The notes beneath the pieces are model-generated. The model did no database searches. It was not told the origin of the DNA and saw only the letters and a program-made list of their open reading frames with translations. DNA of 64,000 nucleotides from assembly GCA_964601975.1 (NCBI GenBank), contig CAZRPW010000004.1:18050-82049 (forward strand). The letters are read 5' to 3'. Origin of the DNA: an uncultured Bacteroides sp. (GTDB lineage: Bacteria > Bacteroidota > Bacteroidia > Bacteroidales > GCA-2748055). Of this stretch, positions 9,497 to 18,135 are shown piece by piece. Within the stretch, counting starts at the first letter, position 1. Each line of letters starts with the position of its first letter. The position numbers and the translations under genes are program-made.

Positions 9497-11020
9497 TTAA
9501 TGTTTAAAATGTCTGATTCCTGTAAAAACCATGGCTATACCGTTGTCATTGCAATAGTCAATTGACTCCTGGTCGCGCACCGACCCTCCGGGTTGTACCA
9601 CTGCTTTAATTCCTGCTTTCCCGGCAATTTCCACACTGTCTGCAAAGGGGAAAAATGCGTCGGAAGCCATCACAGCTCCATGTATATCGAGGTTGAAGTG
9701 CTCTGCCTTACTGATGCTCTGCTTAAGCGCATCGATGCGGGAAGTCTGGCCGACTCCCGAGGCTAGCAATTGTTTGTTTTTTGCCAGCACAATGGCGTTG
9801 GATTTGCTATGTTTCACAATTTTGTTTGCAAATACCAGGTCCTCCAACTGTGCTGCACTCGGAATATTGGAGCTGGCAGGCTTCATGTCTTTGCTGCTTT
9901 CAACAGCTGTGTCCCTGTCCTGAAGCATCACACCGTTCAGAATGGTCCTTATAGTTTTCCCGGGCAGTACAGTTTCCTTTTGAACAAGGATAATGCGGTT
10001 CTTCTTTTGCTTCAGAATTTTAAGGGCTTCTTCATCATAATCCGGTGCGATTACCACCTCAAAAAAGATCTTATGCATTTCTTCGGCAGTCGCTGCATCA
10101 ATGGTTTTGTTGGTTATAAGAACTCCTCCAAAGGCTGAAACCGGGTCGCCTGCCAGTGCATCATTCCATGCATCCACCAACTTATCCCTGGATGCCAGTC
10201 CGCATGCATTGTTATGTTTCATGATGGCGAATGTAGTATCCTCAAAATCGCTTATCAGCCCCACGGCTGCATCAATGTCCAGCAGGTTATTATAGGAGAT
10301 TTCCTTACCATGCAATTGTTCAAGAAGATCGTCCAGGTCGCCGTAAAATATACCCTCCTGATGTGGATTTTCACCATATCTGAGGGCCCTGGAGCTGGCG
10401 ATACTCACCTTTAGCGCAGATCCCCTGTCCTGGTCAAAATAATTGAAGATTGCAGTGTCGTAGTGACTGGATACGTTGAATGCTTCAGCGGCAAAGGCTC
10501 TTCGTTCCTGGGGTGTAGTGGTTCCGCCGCCGGTCTCAAGCAACGTAAGCAGTGGCTCATACTGTTCCATGGAGGCCACCACCAGAACATCCTTGTGGTT
10601 TTTTGCTGCAGCCCGGATCAGGGAAATTCCCCCGATATCAATTTTTTCAATGATATCCTGGTCTCCTGCTCCCGAAGCGACTGTGTCCTCAAAAGGATAG
10701 AGGTCCACAATGACAAGGTCAATTTCGGGAATCTCATATTCAGCTAGTTGATCCAGGTCGCTTTCAACTTCTCTCCGCCCCAGAATTCCTCCAAATATTT
10801 TTGGGTGAAGGGTTTTTACCCTGCCACCCAGGATGGATGGATAGGAAGTAAGCTCTTCAACAGCAGTGACCGGGATATGAAGCGCCTCAATAAAGCTATA
10901 GGTACCTCCTGTGGAATAGAGCTTTACGCCCAATGTGTGAAGTTTTTTTACAATTTCGTCAAGACCATCTTTTGAGTATACCGAGATAAGCGCACTGGAA
11001 ATCTGTTTAAGGGAAGCCAT
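9497..11020 (-). CDS. purH: Bifunctional AICAR transformylase/IMP cyclohydrolase
   Basis: GGRVKTLHP, IDIGG, RYGENPHQ, KHNNACG, SDAFFPF, QPGGS.RD. Confidence 0.97.
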   Translation of the reverse strand: MASLKQISSALISVYSKDGLDEIVKKLHTLGVKLYSTGGTYSFIEALHIPVTAVEELTSYPSILGGRVKTLHPKIFGGILGRREVESDLDQLAEYEIPEIDLVIVDLYPFEDTVASGAGDQDIIEKIDIGGISLIRAAAKNHKDVLVVASMEQYEPLLTLLETGGGTTTPQERRAFAAEAFNVSSHYDTAIFNYFDQDRGSALKVSIASSRALRYGENPHQEGIFYGDLDDLLEQLHGKEISYNNLLDIDAAVGLISDFEDTTFAIMKHNNACGLASRDKLVDAWNDALAGDPVSAFGGVLITNKTIDAATAEEMHKIFFEVVIAPDYDEEALKILKQKKNRIILVQKETVLPGKTIRTILNGVMLQDRDTAVESSKDMKPASSNIPSAAQLEDLVFANKIVKHSKSNAIVLAKNKQLLASGVGQTSRIDALKQSISKAEHFNLDIHGAVMASDAFFPFADSVEIAGKAGIKAVVQPGGSVRDQESIDYCNDNGIAMVFTGIRHFKH

Positions 11021-11044
11021 GGTGTGGAATTAAAACTATCTTAC

Positions 11045-11052
11045 TAACTTTG
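11045..11052 (+). promoter_or_regulatory. -7 box (TAACTTTG) upstream of the ABC permease
   Basis: Exact TAnnTTTG match in the purH/permease divergent intergenic region. Confidence 0.5.
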
Positions 11053-11123
11053 ATATTCAATGCAAATGAAAGAGTTTCCGCTGACATTATAAAGCAGAAC
11101 AGCAACATTTTATTAATAAAGCG

Positions 11124-12380
11124 ATGCAAATTATTCGTCTGGTCTGGGAAAGCCTGATTATGGCCGTTCAGGCGGTCACCACAAACCGCTTGCGAGCTTC
11201 CCTCTCTTTGTTGGGAATTACCATTGGAATATTTGCGATTATTGCCGTGTATACGGTGGTGGATTCGCTGGAGATAAACATACGCGAGAGTGTAAACAGC
11301 CTGGGAAGCGATGTGATTTATATTGAGAAGTGGCCGTGGACAGCTGAAGAAGGCAATGAGTATCCATGGTGGAAGTATATGAACCGGCCACTGGCCACCT
11401 ATGAAGAGTATGAATTTATACAGGCGAAGAGTAAAAGTACCGAGCATTCATGTTTTCTTTCGGCTGTAGGGAGAAGGATTGAGTATAAGAACAACAACAT
11501 TGAAAGGGCTGATATTTTCGGGGTATCCAACGGGTTTCAGGATATCCGTTCCTTTGAATTAAGCAGGGGGAGATATTTCAATCACATCGAAGCTAAAACG
11601 GGGAGAAATGTCGTGGTTCTCGGTAGTAAAATTGCTTCCGAACTTTTTGAAGGTGCTGACCCCATTGGAAAATATATTGAGTTGATGGGGAGGAAAGTGC
11701 TTGTTGTGGGTGTCCTGGAAAAGGAAGGGAAGGGAACTTTTGATGCTTTCATCCTTGATGAGGTGGCCATATTGCCACTGGAATATTACATGAGTTTTGT
11801 GGATGTCCGGCGTGAATGGGCCAATCCCCAGATCTGGGTTCAGGCTAAAAGGAATGTTTCGGTGGAGGAACTCACTTTTGAAATTCGGCAGATACTAAGA
11901 GCGTACCGAAGATTGAAACCCTCTGAAGAGGATAGTTTTGCACTCAACCAGACCAGTTTGATCAATAACCAGTTGGATCAGCTTTTTGCAGTCCTGAAAA
12001 TAGCAGGAACGCTGATTGGACTTTTCTCCATCATTGTGGGAGGCTTCGGTATCGCTAACATCATGTTTGTTTCTGTGAAAGAACGAACCCACATTATCGG
12101 GGTTCAGAAGGCCCTGGGGGCAAAGAAGTACTTCATTCTTCTCCAGTTTCTTTTTGAATCCCTTATGCTTTCCCTGGCAGGAGGCATCATAGGTTTATTA
12201 ATTGTTTTTTTGGGTGCTGCAGCGATTTCGCTCTCCAGCGACTTTGCCATCAGCCTGACCCTCCAGAACATCATGGTGGGGATCGTGATTTCCAGTGCCA
12301 TTGGACTGATAAGTGGCATCTTTCCTGCCTGGCAGGGCGCCAGGATGAACCCGGTCGTGGCCATCAATACCACCTTTTGA
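11124..12380 (+). CDS. MacB/FtsX-type ABC transporter permease (4 TM plus periplasmic domain)
   Basis: RASLSLLGITIGIFAII, GRYF..IE, GGFGIANIMFVSVKERT..IG..KALGA, GIFPAWQGARMNPV. Confidence 0.9.
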   Translation: MQIIRLVWESLIMAVQAVTTNRLRASLSLLGITIGIFAIIAVYTVVDSLEINIRESVNSLGSDVIYIEKWPWTAEEGNEYPWWKYMNRPLATYEEYEFIQAKSKSTEHSCFLSAVGRRIEYKNNNIERADIFGVSNGFQDIRSFELSRGRYFNHIEAKTGRNVVVLGSKIASELFEGADPIGKYIELMGRKVLVVGVLEKEGKGTFDAFILDEVAILPLEYYMSFVDVRREWANPQIWVQAKRNVSVEELTFEIRQILRAYRRLKPSEEDSFALNQTSLINNQLDQLFAVLKIAGTLIGLFSIIVGGFGIANIMFVSVKERTHIIGVQKALGAKKYFILLQFLFESLMLSLAGGIIGLLIVFLGAAAISLSSDFAISLTLQNIMVGIVISSAIGLISGIFPAWQGARMNPVVAINTTF

Positions 12381-12386
12381 TCCTGT

Positions 12387-13748
12387 TCAAATAAATATTC
12401 CGTAAAGGATTCTTCCCATCAGGAAGTAAATGAACAATCCCATGATGTCATTCATGGTAGTAATGAAAGGTCCTGTGGCCAGTGCAGGATCAATCTTTAC
12501 TCTGTTCAGTAAAAGGGGAATCAGGGTGCCAAACAGAGCAGCGAATATGATGACTACGAAAAGGGAAGAGCTTACCGTGAAGGTGAGTGCCAGATTCTTG
12601 CTTACGAAAAAGTTATAGAGAAATAGAATTCCGGAAAGGATGAATCCATTGAGCAGAGCCACAAGCAGCTCTTTCATCAGTTTACGACCCGTGCTTTCCA
12701 AGCCCAGGCTATTGCTGGCGATACCTTGAACGATGATGGCAGAGGATTGGATACCCACATTTCCGGCCATGGCCGCAATCAGGGGGATGAAAAATGCCAT
12801 CTCCGGATTAATCTGAATGTCCTGCTCGAAGTGGCCGATGACTGCTGCCACAACAATTCCTCCCAGCAAGCCTATGATCAGCCATGGCAGCCTGGCCCTT
12901 GAGAGCCTGGCCGGCGAGTCGGTGGTCTCCACATCGGCCGATATACCCGATGCCATCTGGTAGTCTTTTTCTGCCTCATCCCGGATTACATCCACTACAT
13001 CATCGATGGTAATCCTTCCCATCAGCCTCCCGATGGAATCGGTTACAGGCAGTACAATCAGGTCATATTTTTCCATAATCCTGGCAACCTCTTCAGAGTC
13101 GGTATCGGTTCTAACCGCTCTGACTTCAGCATTGTAGATGTCCTTAACCTTTGTGGTAGCGCTTGCCAGCAGTAATGCTTTGAGAGAAAGTATCCCGAGC
13201 AATACATTTTCATCACTGACCACGTAGATGTAATAGAACTCATCCAGGTCTTCGGCCTGCTTTCGCATTTCCCTGATGCAGGTTGCTACGCCCCAATTTT
13301 CATTCACAAGGATCAGCTCCTTGGCCATCAGTCCGCCGGCAGTATCCACGTCGTAGCTTAAAAGGTCGACGATGTCTCCGGCTTGTTCCAGATCGTCGAT
13401 GTGCAGGAGGACCTCCTGTTTTTTCTCTTCGGTCAGATCGCCGATCACATCGGCAGCATCATCCGAATCCATATTGTCAATAAACTGGCTTGCGATCACG
13501 TCCGACGGAAGCGATTTCAGGAATGCTTCCCGGTCATACTCCTCCAGTTCTACCAGCACATCCGAAGCCTTCTGGGGATCGAGCAGCAGGTACAGGTAAG
13601 TGGCCTCTTCAACAGAAAGGTCATCATAGATCTCCGCAATATCGGCGGGGTGCAGATCTTCCATCATCAATAATGCAGCAGCATCATCTTTAATTTCGAT
13701 GAACTTTCGTAGTTCATCCAGGTGTTTGCGAGTCAGTTCTGTGTTCAT
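12387..13748 (-). CDS. mgtE: Magnesium transporter MgtE
   Basis: LHPADIAE N-domain, CBS pair (TAGGLM, GRITIDD), RLPWL, AMAGNVGIQSS, DPALATGPFITT.ND. Confidence 0.96.
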   Translation of the reverse strand: MNTELTRKHLDELRKFIEIKDDAAALLMMEDLHPADIAEIYDDLSVEEATYLYLLLDPQKASDVLVELEEYDREAFLKSLPSDVIASQFIDNMDSDDAADVIGDLTEEKKQEVLLHIDDLEQAGDIVDLLSYDVDTAGGLMAKELILVNENWGVATCIREMRKQAEDLDEFYYIYVVSDENVLLGILSLKALLLASATTKVKDIYNAEVRAVRTDTDSEEVARIMEKYDLIVLPVTDSIGRLMGRITIDDVVDVIRDEAEKDYQMASGISADVETTDSPARLSRARLPWLIIGLLGGIVVAAVIGHFEQDIQINPEMAFFIPLIAAMAGNVGIQSSAIIVQGIASNSLGLESTGRKLMKELLVALLNGFILSGILFLYNFFVSKNLALTFTVSSSLFVVIIFAALFGTLIPLLLNRVKIDPALATGPFITTMNDIMGLFIYFLMGRILYGIFI

Positions 13749-14539
13749 GACTTTGCCGGTTTTTGAAGATCGTTGCTAAGGGAGGGCTGTTTTTCAACCC
13801 AGCTGGTGAGATCGATAAATTGCTGTACACTAAGCTGTTCAGGCCTGAGAGAAAGAAATTCGTGATCGCTCTCTAAATTTAGTAAAATAGATTGGATGGA
13901 GTTCCGGATCATTTTTCTTCGCTGGTTGAAGACGGTTTTAACAACCCGGTGAAATAGCACTTCGTCACAGGGCATGGCAGAGCGCTCATTTCTTTTTAGG
14001 CGGATGACTCCGGAAATTACTTTAGGTGGCGGATGAAAGGAGCCAGGTTTAACCGAGAACAGATAGCTGATGTCGTAGTAAGTCTGCAGAAGGACGCTTA
14101 ATATGCCGTAGGTTTTTGAACCGTGTGGAGCTGCGATTCTCTGGGCCACCTCTTTTTGAAGCATACAAACCACCGAGTCGACCCGCTGCCTGTTCTCCAG
14201 GACTTTAAAAAAAATCTGGCTTGAAATGTTGTAAGGGAAATTGCCGATTATGTGTATCTTGCCCGAGGGAAAGCTTTCCATGTCCAGTTTCAAAAAATCC
14301 CCTTCCACCAACTTTAGTTCGGGCCATTTATTCTTCAGGTAATCGACCGATTCTTTATCAATCTCCACGGGGAAGAGTTGAATTTCTTTTTCCAGTAAGC
14401 AGCTGGTTAATATACCAGTACCCGGGCCTACTTCTATAACCACATCCTCAGGGGGAGAATCCAGGGCATTGACAATGCGCTGTGCGATGGCCGGGTCTGT
14501 CAGGAAATGCTGGCCGAGATGTTTTTTTGGTCTTACCAT
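13745..14539 (-). CDS. rsmA: 16S rRNA adenine dimethyltransferase
   Basis: KKHLGQHFL, IEVGPGTG, IGNFPYNISS, MLQKEVA.R, FHPPPKV.SG. Confidence 0.97.
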   Translation of the reverse strand: MVRPKKHLGQHFLTDPAIAQRIVNALDSPPEDVVIEVGPGTGILTSCLLEKEIQLFPVEIDKESVDYLKNKWPELKLVEGDFLKLDMESFPSGKIHIIGNFPYNISSQIFFKVLENRQRVDSVVCMLQKEVAQRIAAPHGSKTYGILSVLLQTYYDISYLFSVKPGSFHPPPKVISGVIRLKRNERSAMPCDEVLFHRVVKTVFNQRRKMIRNSIQSILLNLESDHEFLSLRPEQLSVQQFIDLTSWVEKQPSLSNDLQKPAKS

Positions 14540-14547
14540 GGGCTAGC

Positions 14548-14555
14548 CAAAGTTA
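14548..14555 (-). promoter_or_regulatory. -7 box (TAACTTTG) for rsmA-mgtE
   Basis: Exact TAnnTTTG match only 8 nt upstream of the ATG, implying a very short leader. Confidence 0.5.
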
Positions 14556-14584
14556 AAAAGGTTTTAGGTATTTTTGGAGGAATT

Positions 14585-15067
14585 ATGGATAATGAGATGA
14601 GAAGATTAAAGAATCCTTATGCCAGCGAAGAAGGGTATAACTGTTTTGGCTGTAGTCCGGGTAATTCCATCGGATTAAAAATGGAATTTTTTGAAGATGG
14701 GGATGAAATCATTTGCAAGTGGGTGCCCGGAAAAAATTATGCCGGGTTTCATGACATCCTTCATGGAGGGATCCAGGCTACCATGCTTGACGAAATCGCA
14801 AGCTGGGTTGTCCTTGTAAAGATGGATACATCAGGAGTAACCTCGCGATTGAATATTCGTTACAGGAATCCTGTCCGTATTTCAAAGGGTGAAGTGTTCC
14901 TCAGGGCCAGGCTTCTTGAGCAGCGGAGAAGCATTGCCAGCATTGAAATGAAGTTGCTGGATGGGGATGGTGAGATCTGCTCTGAGGGGACTGCCGATTA
15001 TTTTATTTTTCCCAGGGAACGTGCAAAAAGCGAATTTCATTATCCGGGAAAGGACGCATTTTACTAA
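14585..15067 (+). CDS. PaaI-family hotdog-fold thioesterase
   Basis: NCFGCSP.N..GL and HGGIQATMLDE motifs; start moved to ATG 14585. Confidence 0.88.
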   Translation: MDNEMRRLKNPYASEEGYNCFGCSPGNSIGLKMEFFEDGDEIICKWVPGKNYAGFHDILHGGIQATMLDEIASWVVLVKMDTSGVTSRLNIRYRNPVRISKGEVFLRARLLEQRRSIASIEMKLLDGDGEICSEGTADYFIFPRERAKSEFHYPGKDAFY

Positions 15068-15075
15068 TACATATT

Positions 15076-16251
15076 TTGATGCAATACGATTTTGACAAGT
15101 ATATAGAAAGAAGGGGTACCGACAGTGTTAAATATGACCTGAACGGTGTTATTTTTGGAAAAAAAGATCTGCTCCCTATGTGGGTGGCGGATATGGATTT
15201 TGAGGTTCCCGATTTTATCCGGGAGGCAATCATGCAGCGGGCTTCTCACCCGGTATATGGATATACCTATCGACCACGCAGGTTTTTCGAGGCTGCTGCT
15301 GCCTGGATGAGTCGCCGGCATGGATGGGAAGTGAGTCCGGATGCCTTCAGCTTTAGTCCGGGGATCGTCCCGGCCCTGAATATGCTCATTCTGGAGTTTA
15401 CATCACCTGGTGATCGGGTGCTGGTGCAGCCGCCTGTCTATTTTCCTTTTTTCAGTGCTGTGACCAATCATCAAAGAGAACTGGTGTACAACCAGCTGGT
15501 GGAGAAAGATGGCTTATATACGATCGATTTTGATCAGCTCGAACAAGCGTTTAAAAGGGGGGTAAAGATGTTCTTCCTTTGTAATCCACATAATCCAACT
15601 GGAAGGGTTTGGACCGAGCAGGAGCTTAAGAAACTTGCCGCCCTGGTGGTTCAATACAAGGTGCTGGTTGTCAGTGATGAAATCCACTCGGATCTCATTT
15701 TATTCGGAAATAAGCACATCCCCTTTGCGTCTCTGGGGAAGGAGGTGGCTGAGCTTTGCTTTACCTGTGTAGCTCCAAGCAAGACCTTTAACCTGGCAGG
15801 TTTGTATACTTCCGCGGTTATCACTGAAAACCCTGAATTAAAGAAAGGTTATGAGCGTGTTTTGGATGCGGTACATGTGGGGGGTGGGAGCCTGTTCGGA
15901 CAGGTGGCCTTTGAAGCAGCCTATACACAGGGTGACAGCTGGCTCGAACAACTAATCACCTACCTGGAAGGAAATTATCAAATGCTTACTGAATTTGTAA
16001 GTACTGCAATTCCGGGAATTGTAATATCCCCGCTTGAGGCTACCTACCTGGTGTGGATGGATCTATCATTCCTGGACATGGATCAGGAAACCCTAAAGCA
16101 GTTTGTAATTGAGAAGGCGGGACTGGGATTGAATGATGGTCCGATGTTCGGTCCGGGAGGTGCAGATCACCAGCGTATGAATATTGCGACCACCAGGGAG
16201 GTGTTGAGAAGAGGGCTTGAGCAATTGGCTGATGCGGTTGCCCGGAGCTGA
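15076..16251 (+). CDS. MalY/PatB-family PLP-dependent C-S lyase
   Basis: LPMWVADMDF, LCNPHNPTGRVW, SDEIHSD, APSKTFNLAG (PLP lysine), ATYLVW.D. Confidence 0.93.
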   Translation: MMQYDFDKYIERRGTDSVKYDLNGVIFGKKDLLPMWVADMDFEVPDFIREAIMQRASHPVYGYTYRPRRFFEAAAAWMSRRHGWEVSPDAFSFSPGIVPALNMLILEFTSPGDRVLVQPPVYFPFFSAVTNHQRELVYNQLVEKDGLYTIDFDQLEQAFKRGVKMFFLCNPHNPTGRVWTEQELKKLAALVVQYKVLVVSDEIHSDLILFGNKHIPFASLGKEVAELCFTCVAPSKTFNLAGLYTSAVITENPELKKGYERVLDAVHVGGGSLFGQVAFEAAYTQGDSWLEQLITYLEGNYQMLTEFVSTAIPGIVISPLEATYLVWMDLSFLDMDQETLKQFVIEKAGLGLNDGPMFGPGGADHQRMNIATTREVLRRGLEQLADAVARS

Positions 16252-16303
16252 GCATTTTGATTTCGTCAGAAGAAAAAAGTATATTTAAGAAAGCAAAGAA
16301 TCC

Positions 16304-17401
16304 ATGAAATTCAGGTTTTCATTCTCATTGAAGATCCTTCTGCCCTACCTGTTCATTGCCGCATTGTTTTTTGTGATTTTTATAAGTGAGCGCAATAGCG
16401 GGCATATGCTGGTAAGCCTGCTTTCGGCATCTGGTATGGTGGTCAGCATACTCGCGGGGGTGTTACACGTTTACTGGATAAGGCGTCCGCTTCACAGGAT
16501 CAGGGATATTGTTATTCAGCTTTCCCGGGGGAAGATGCCTGCTTTCACGGCCTCGCCTTCGAACGACGAGATCGGAGAGGTGGAGAAGGAGCTGGGAAAA
16601 CTCGTTGAAAATCTGAATGCGCTTACCAGTTTTGCAGGATCCATGGCTAAGGGGGATTTTTCTGGCAGATATGAAAAACGGGGCGCCGACGATGATATTG
16701 GTGAAGCACTCCTATCATTGAAAGTGAGTTTGATGGATTCCTTGAAGGAGAGTGAGAGTAGACGGCGTGAGGAAGAGATTCGAACATGGATAGCCAATGG
16801 CCTGGCAAAATTCTCTAAGCTTTTCAGGGAAGCCGAAGATGATCTGCAGAAGCTGTCCGGAGAGTTGATGAGGGAGCTCGTGGCTTATACCGAAGCTGAT
16901 GTGGGGGCGCTTTTTATAAGTGATGAAAAGGATGGACAAAAGCCCGAGCTGGTGCTAAGTGGTAGTTATGCATTTGACAGGGAAAAATTCACCCGGCAGA
17001 CCTATGAGTTTGGAGAGGGGCTTGTGGGCAGGGCTGCCCTGGAAAAGGACCTCATCTATATTACCGAACTTCCTCCGGATTATATGAAAATTCGTTCCGG
17101 ATTAGGTGAGGATATGCCCTCCAGTCTACTGCTTGTTCCGGTAATTTTAGATAATAAGGTGCTCGGGGTAATCGAAATGGCCTCCCTGGGAGAGATTCCA
17201 GCTTACCAGGCGGGATTTATGCAACAGTTAGCCGATGCCCTGGCTTCGACCCTTACAAAAGTCAAGGCAAATCTTCAGAACAGGGCCCTTTTTGAACAGT
17301 CCATGAAACAGGCAGAAGCCCTTGCGTCCCAGGAGCAGGAATATATCCGCAGAGAGGAAGGCCTGCAAAAGGAGATCGATCGTTTAAAGAAGAAAAGCTG
17401 A
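16304..17401 (+). CDS. Membrane-anchored HAMP + GAF domain protein with no output domain
   Basis: Two N-terminal TMs, HAMP-like RPLHRI...NDEIGEV, GAF (GEGLVGRAALEK...LLLVPV...VLGVIEMAS), short terminal coiled coil. Confidence 0.8.
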   Translation: MKFRFSFSLKILLPYLFIAALFFVIFISERNSGHMLVSLLSASGMVVSILAGVLHVYWIRRPLHRIRDIVIQLSRGKMPAFTASPSNDEIGEVEKELGKLVENLNALTSFAGSMAKGDFSGRYEKRGADDDIGEALLSLKVSLMDSLKESESRRREEEIRTWIANGLAKFSKLFREAEDDLQKLSGELMRELVAYTEADVGALFISDEKDGQKPELVLSGSYAFDREKFTRQTYEFGEGLVGRAALEKDLIYITELPPDYMKIRSGLGEDMPSSLLLVPVILDNKVLGVIEMASLGEIPAYQAGFMQQLADALASTLTKVKANLQNRALFEQSMKQAEALASQEQEYIRREEGLQKEIDRLKKKS

Positions 17402-17430
17402 TACCTTTTGTCATGTATTTTTTCCTGTAA

Positions 17431-17474
17431 TGTCAAAATGACACCCTAATTTAGCTAATTATGCCATAATGACA
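17431..17474. promoter_or_regulatory. Two palindromic TGYCA-N3-TGACA boxes upstream of hsp20 (putative operator)
   Basis: TGTCA-AAA-TGACA at 17431..17443 (perfect inverted repeat) and TGCCA-TAA-TGACA at 17462..17474; starts are 31 bp apart. Confidence 0.55.
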
Positions 17475-17555
17475 GTCTTTTTCGATTGGCATAAGCTTTG
17501 ACCTATGGAGGTCGAAGTTTAAAAACATTATGAACTAAAATAGGAGGAAATTAAA

Positions 17556-17990
17556 ATGTTAGCAAGAATCAACAAACCTTATGTACCCGCTTACTGGGAC
17601 GATTTTTTCAATGACAGTTTTTTCAATGGAACTTCACCTGCAGGCAGCAAAAATAATTCACCTGCCGTGAATATTACTGAAGATCAAAACTTGTTCCTTA
17701 TAGAGGTCGCCGCTCCTGGTATTAGCAGGGAGGATTTCGCTATTAATCTTGAGAATGATATTCTTACAATTTCGTCGGAACAGAAGGAAGAAAATGAAGA
17801 AAAGGGGCGCAAATATATGCGTCGGGAATTTAGATTCTCTGCCTTTAAGAGGAGTTTTCAGCTACCTGAGACCGTAGATGCTGAGCATATCAAGGCCAAT
17901 TATAATGCCGGTATTTTGAGTGTTGAGCTCCCTAAAAAAGAGGAGGCACTTCCCAAGGCTCCAAGACAGATAGAAGTCGCAAGTCAATAG
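17556..17990 (+). CDS. Small heat-shock protein (Hsp20/alpha-crystallin family)
   Basis: PAVNITED, IEVAAPGISREDF.I.L, RREF.FS.F.RSF.LP, A.YNAGILSVELPK. Confidence 0.95.
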   Translation: MLARINKPYVPAYWDDFFNDSFFNGTSPAGSKNNSPAVNITEDQNLFLIEVAAPGISREDFAINLENDILTISSEQKEENEEKGRKYMRREFRFSAFKRSFQLPETVDAEHIKANYNAGILSVELPKKEEALPKAPRQIEVASQ

Positions 17991-18097
17991 TAAAAAGTAA
18001 AAAGAGGCAAATGGTAATTGGCAAATAGTAATTGGCAAATGGCAATTAGCAAATGGCAATTAGTAATTAGCAAATGGTAATTAGTTAGTGTTTAGTG
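17981..18097. repeat. Degenerate 7-bp tandem repeat array
   Basis: AAGTCAA TAGTAAA AAGTAAA (17981..18001), then 11 units of G(C/T)AA(A/T)T(G/A) at 18007..18083, then GTTAGTG TTTAGTG. Confidence 0.9.
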
Positions 18098-18104
18098 TGT
18101 TTGA

Positions 18105-18135
18105 GGCAGGGATCGGTTCAGGTTCCTGCCTTTTT
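18105..18135 (+). terminator. Putative intrinsic terminator after hsp20
   Basis: GGCAGGGA/TTCCTGCC stem (one G-U pair) followed by TTTTT; overlaps the stop codon of the convergent EamA gene. Confidence 0.45.

Noticed and set aside
11021-11123. Possible ZMP/ZTP riboswitch upstream of purH
   Set aside because: The region is about 100 bp and AT-rich, with no recognisable ZTP stem or pseudoknot sequence.
11124-12380. ABC permease without an adjacent ATPase
   Set aside because: Orphan MacB/FtsX-type permeases are commonplace in Bacteroidota; nothing unusual was seen.
18007-18083. Repeat array considered as a CRISPR array
   Set aside because: Contiguous 7-bp units with no unique spacers and no cas genes.
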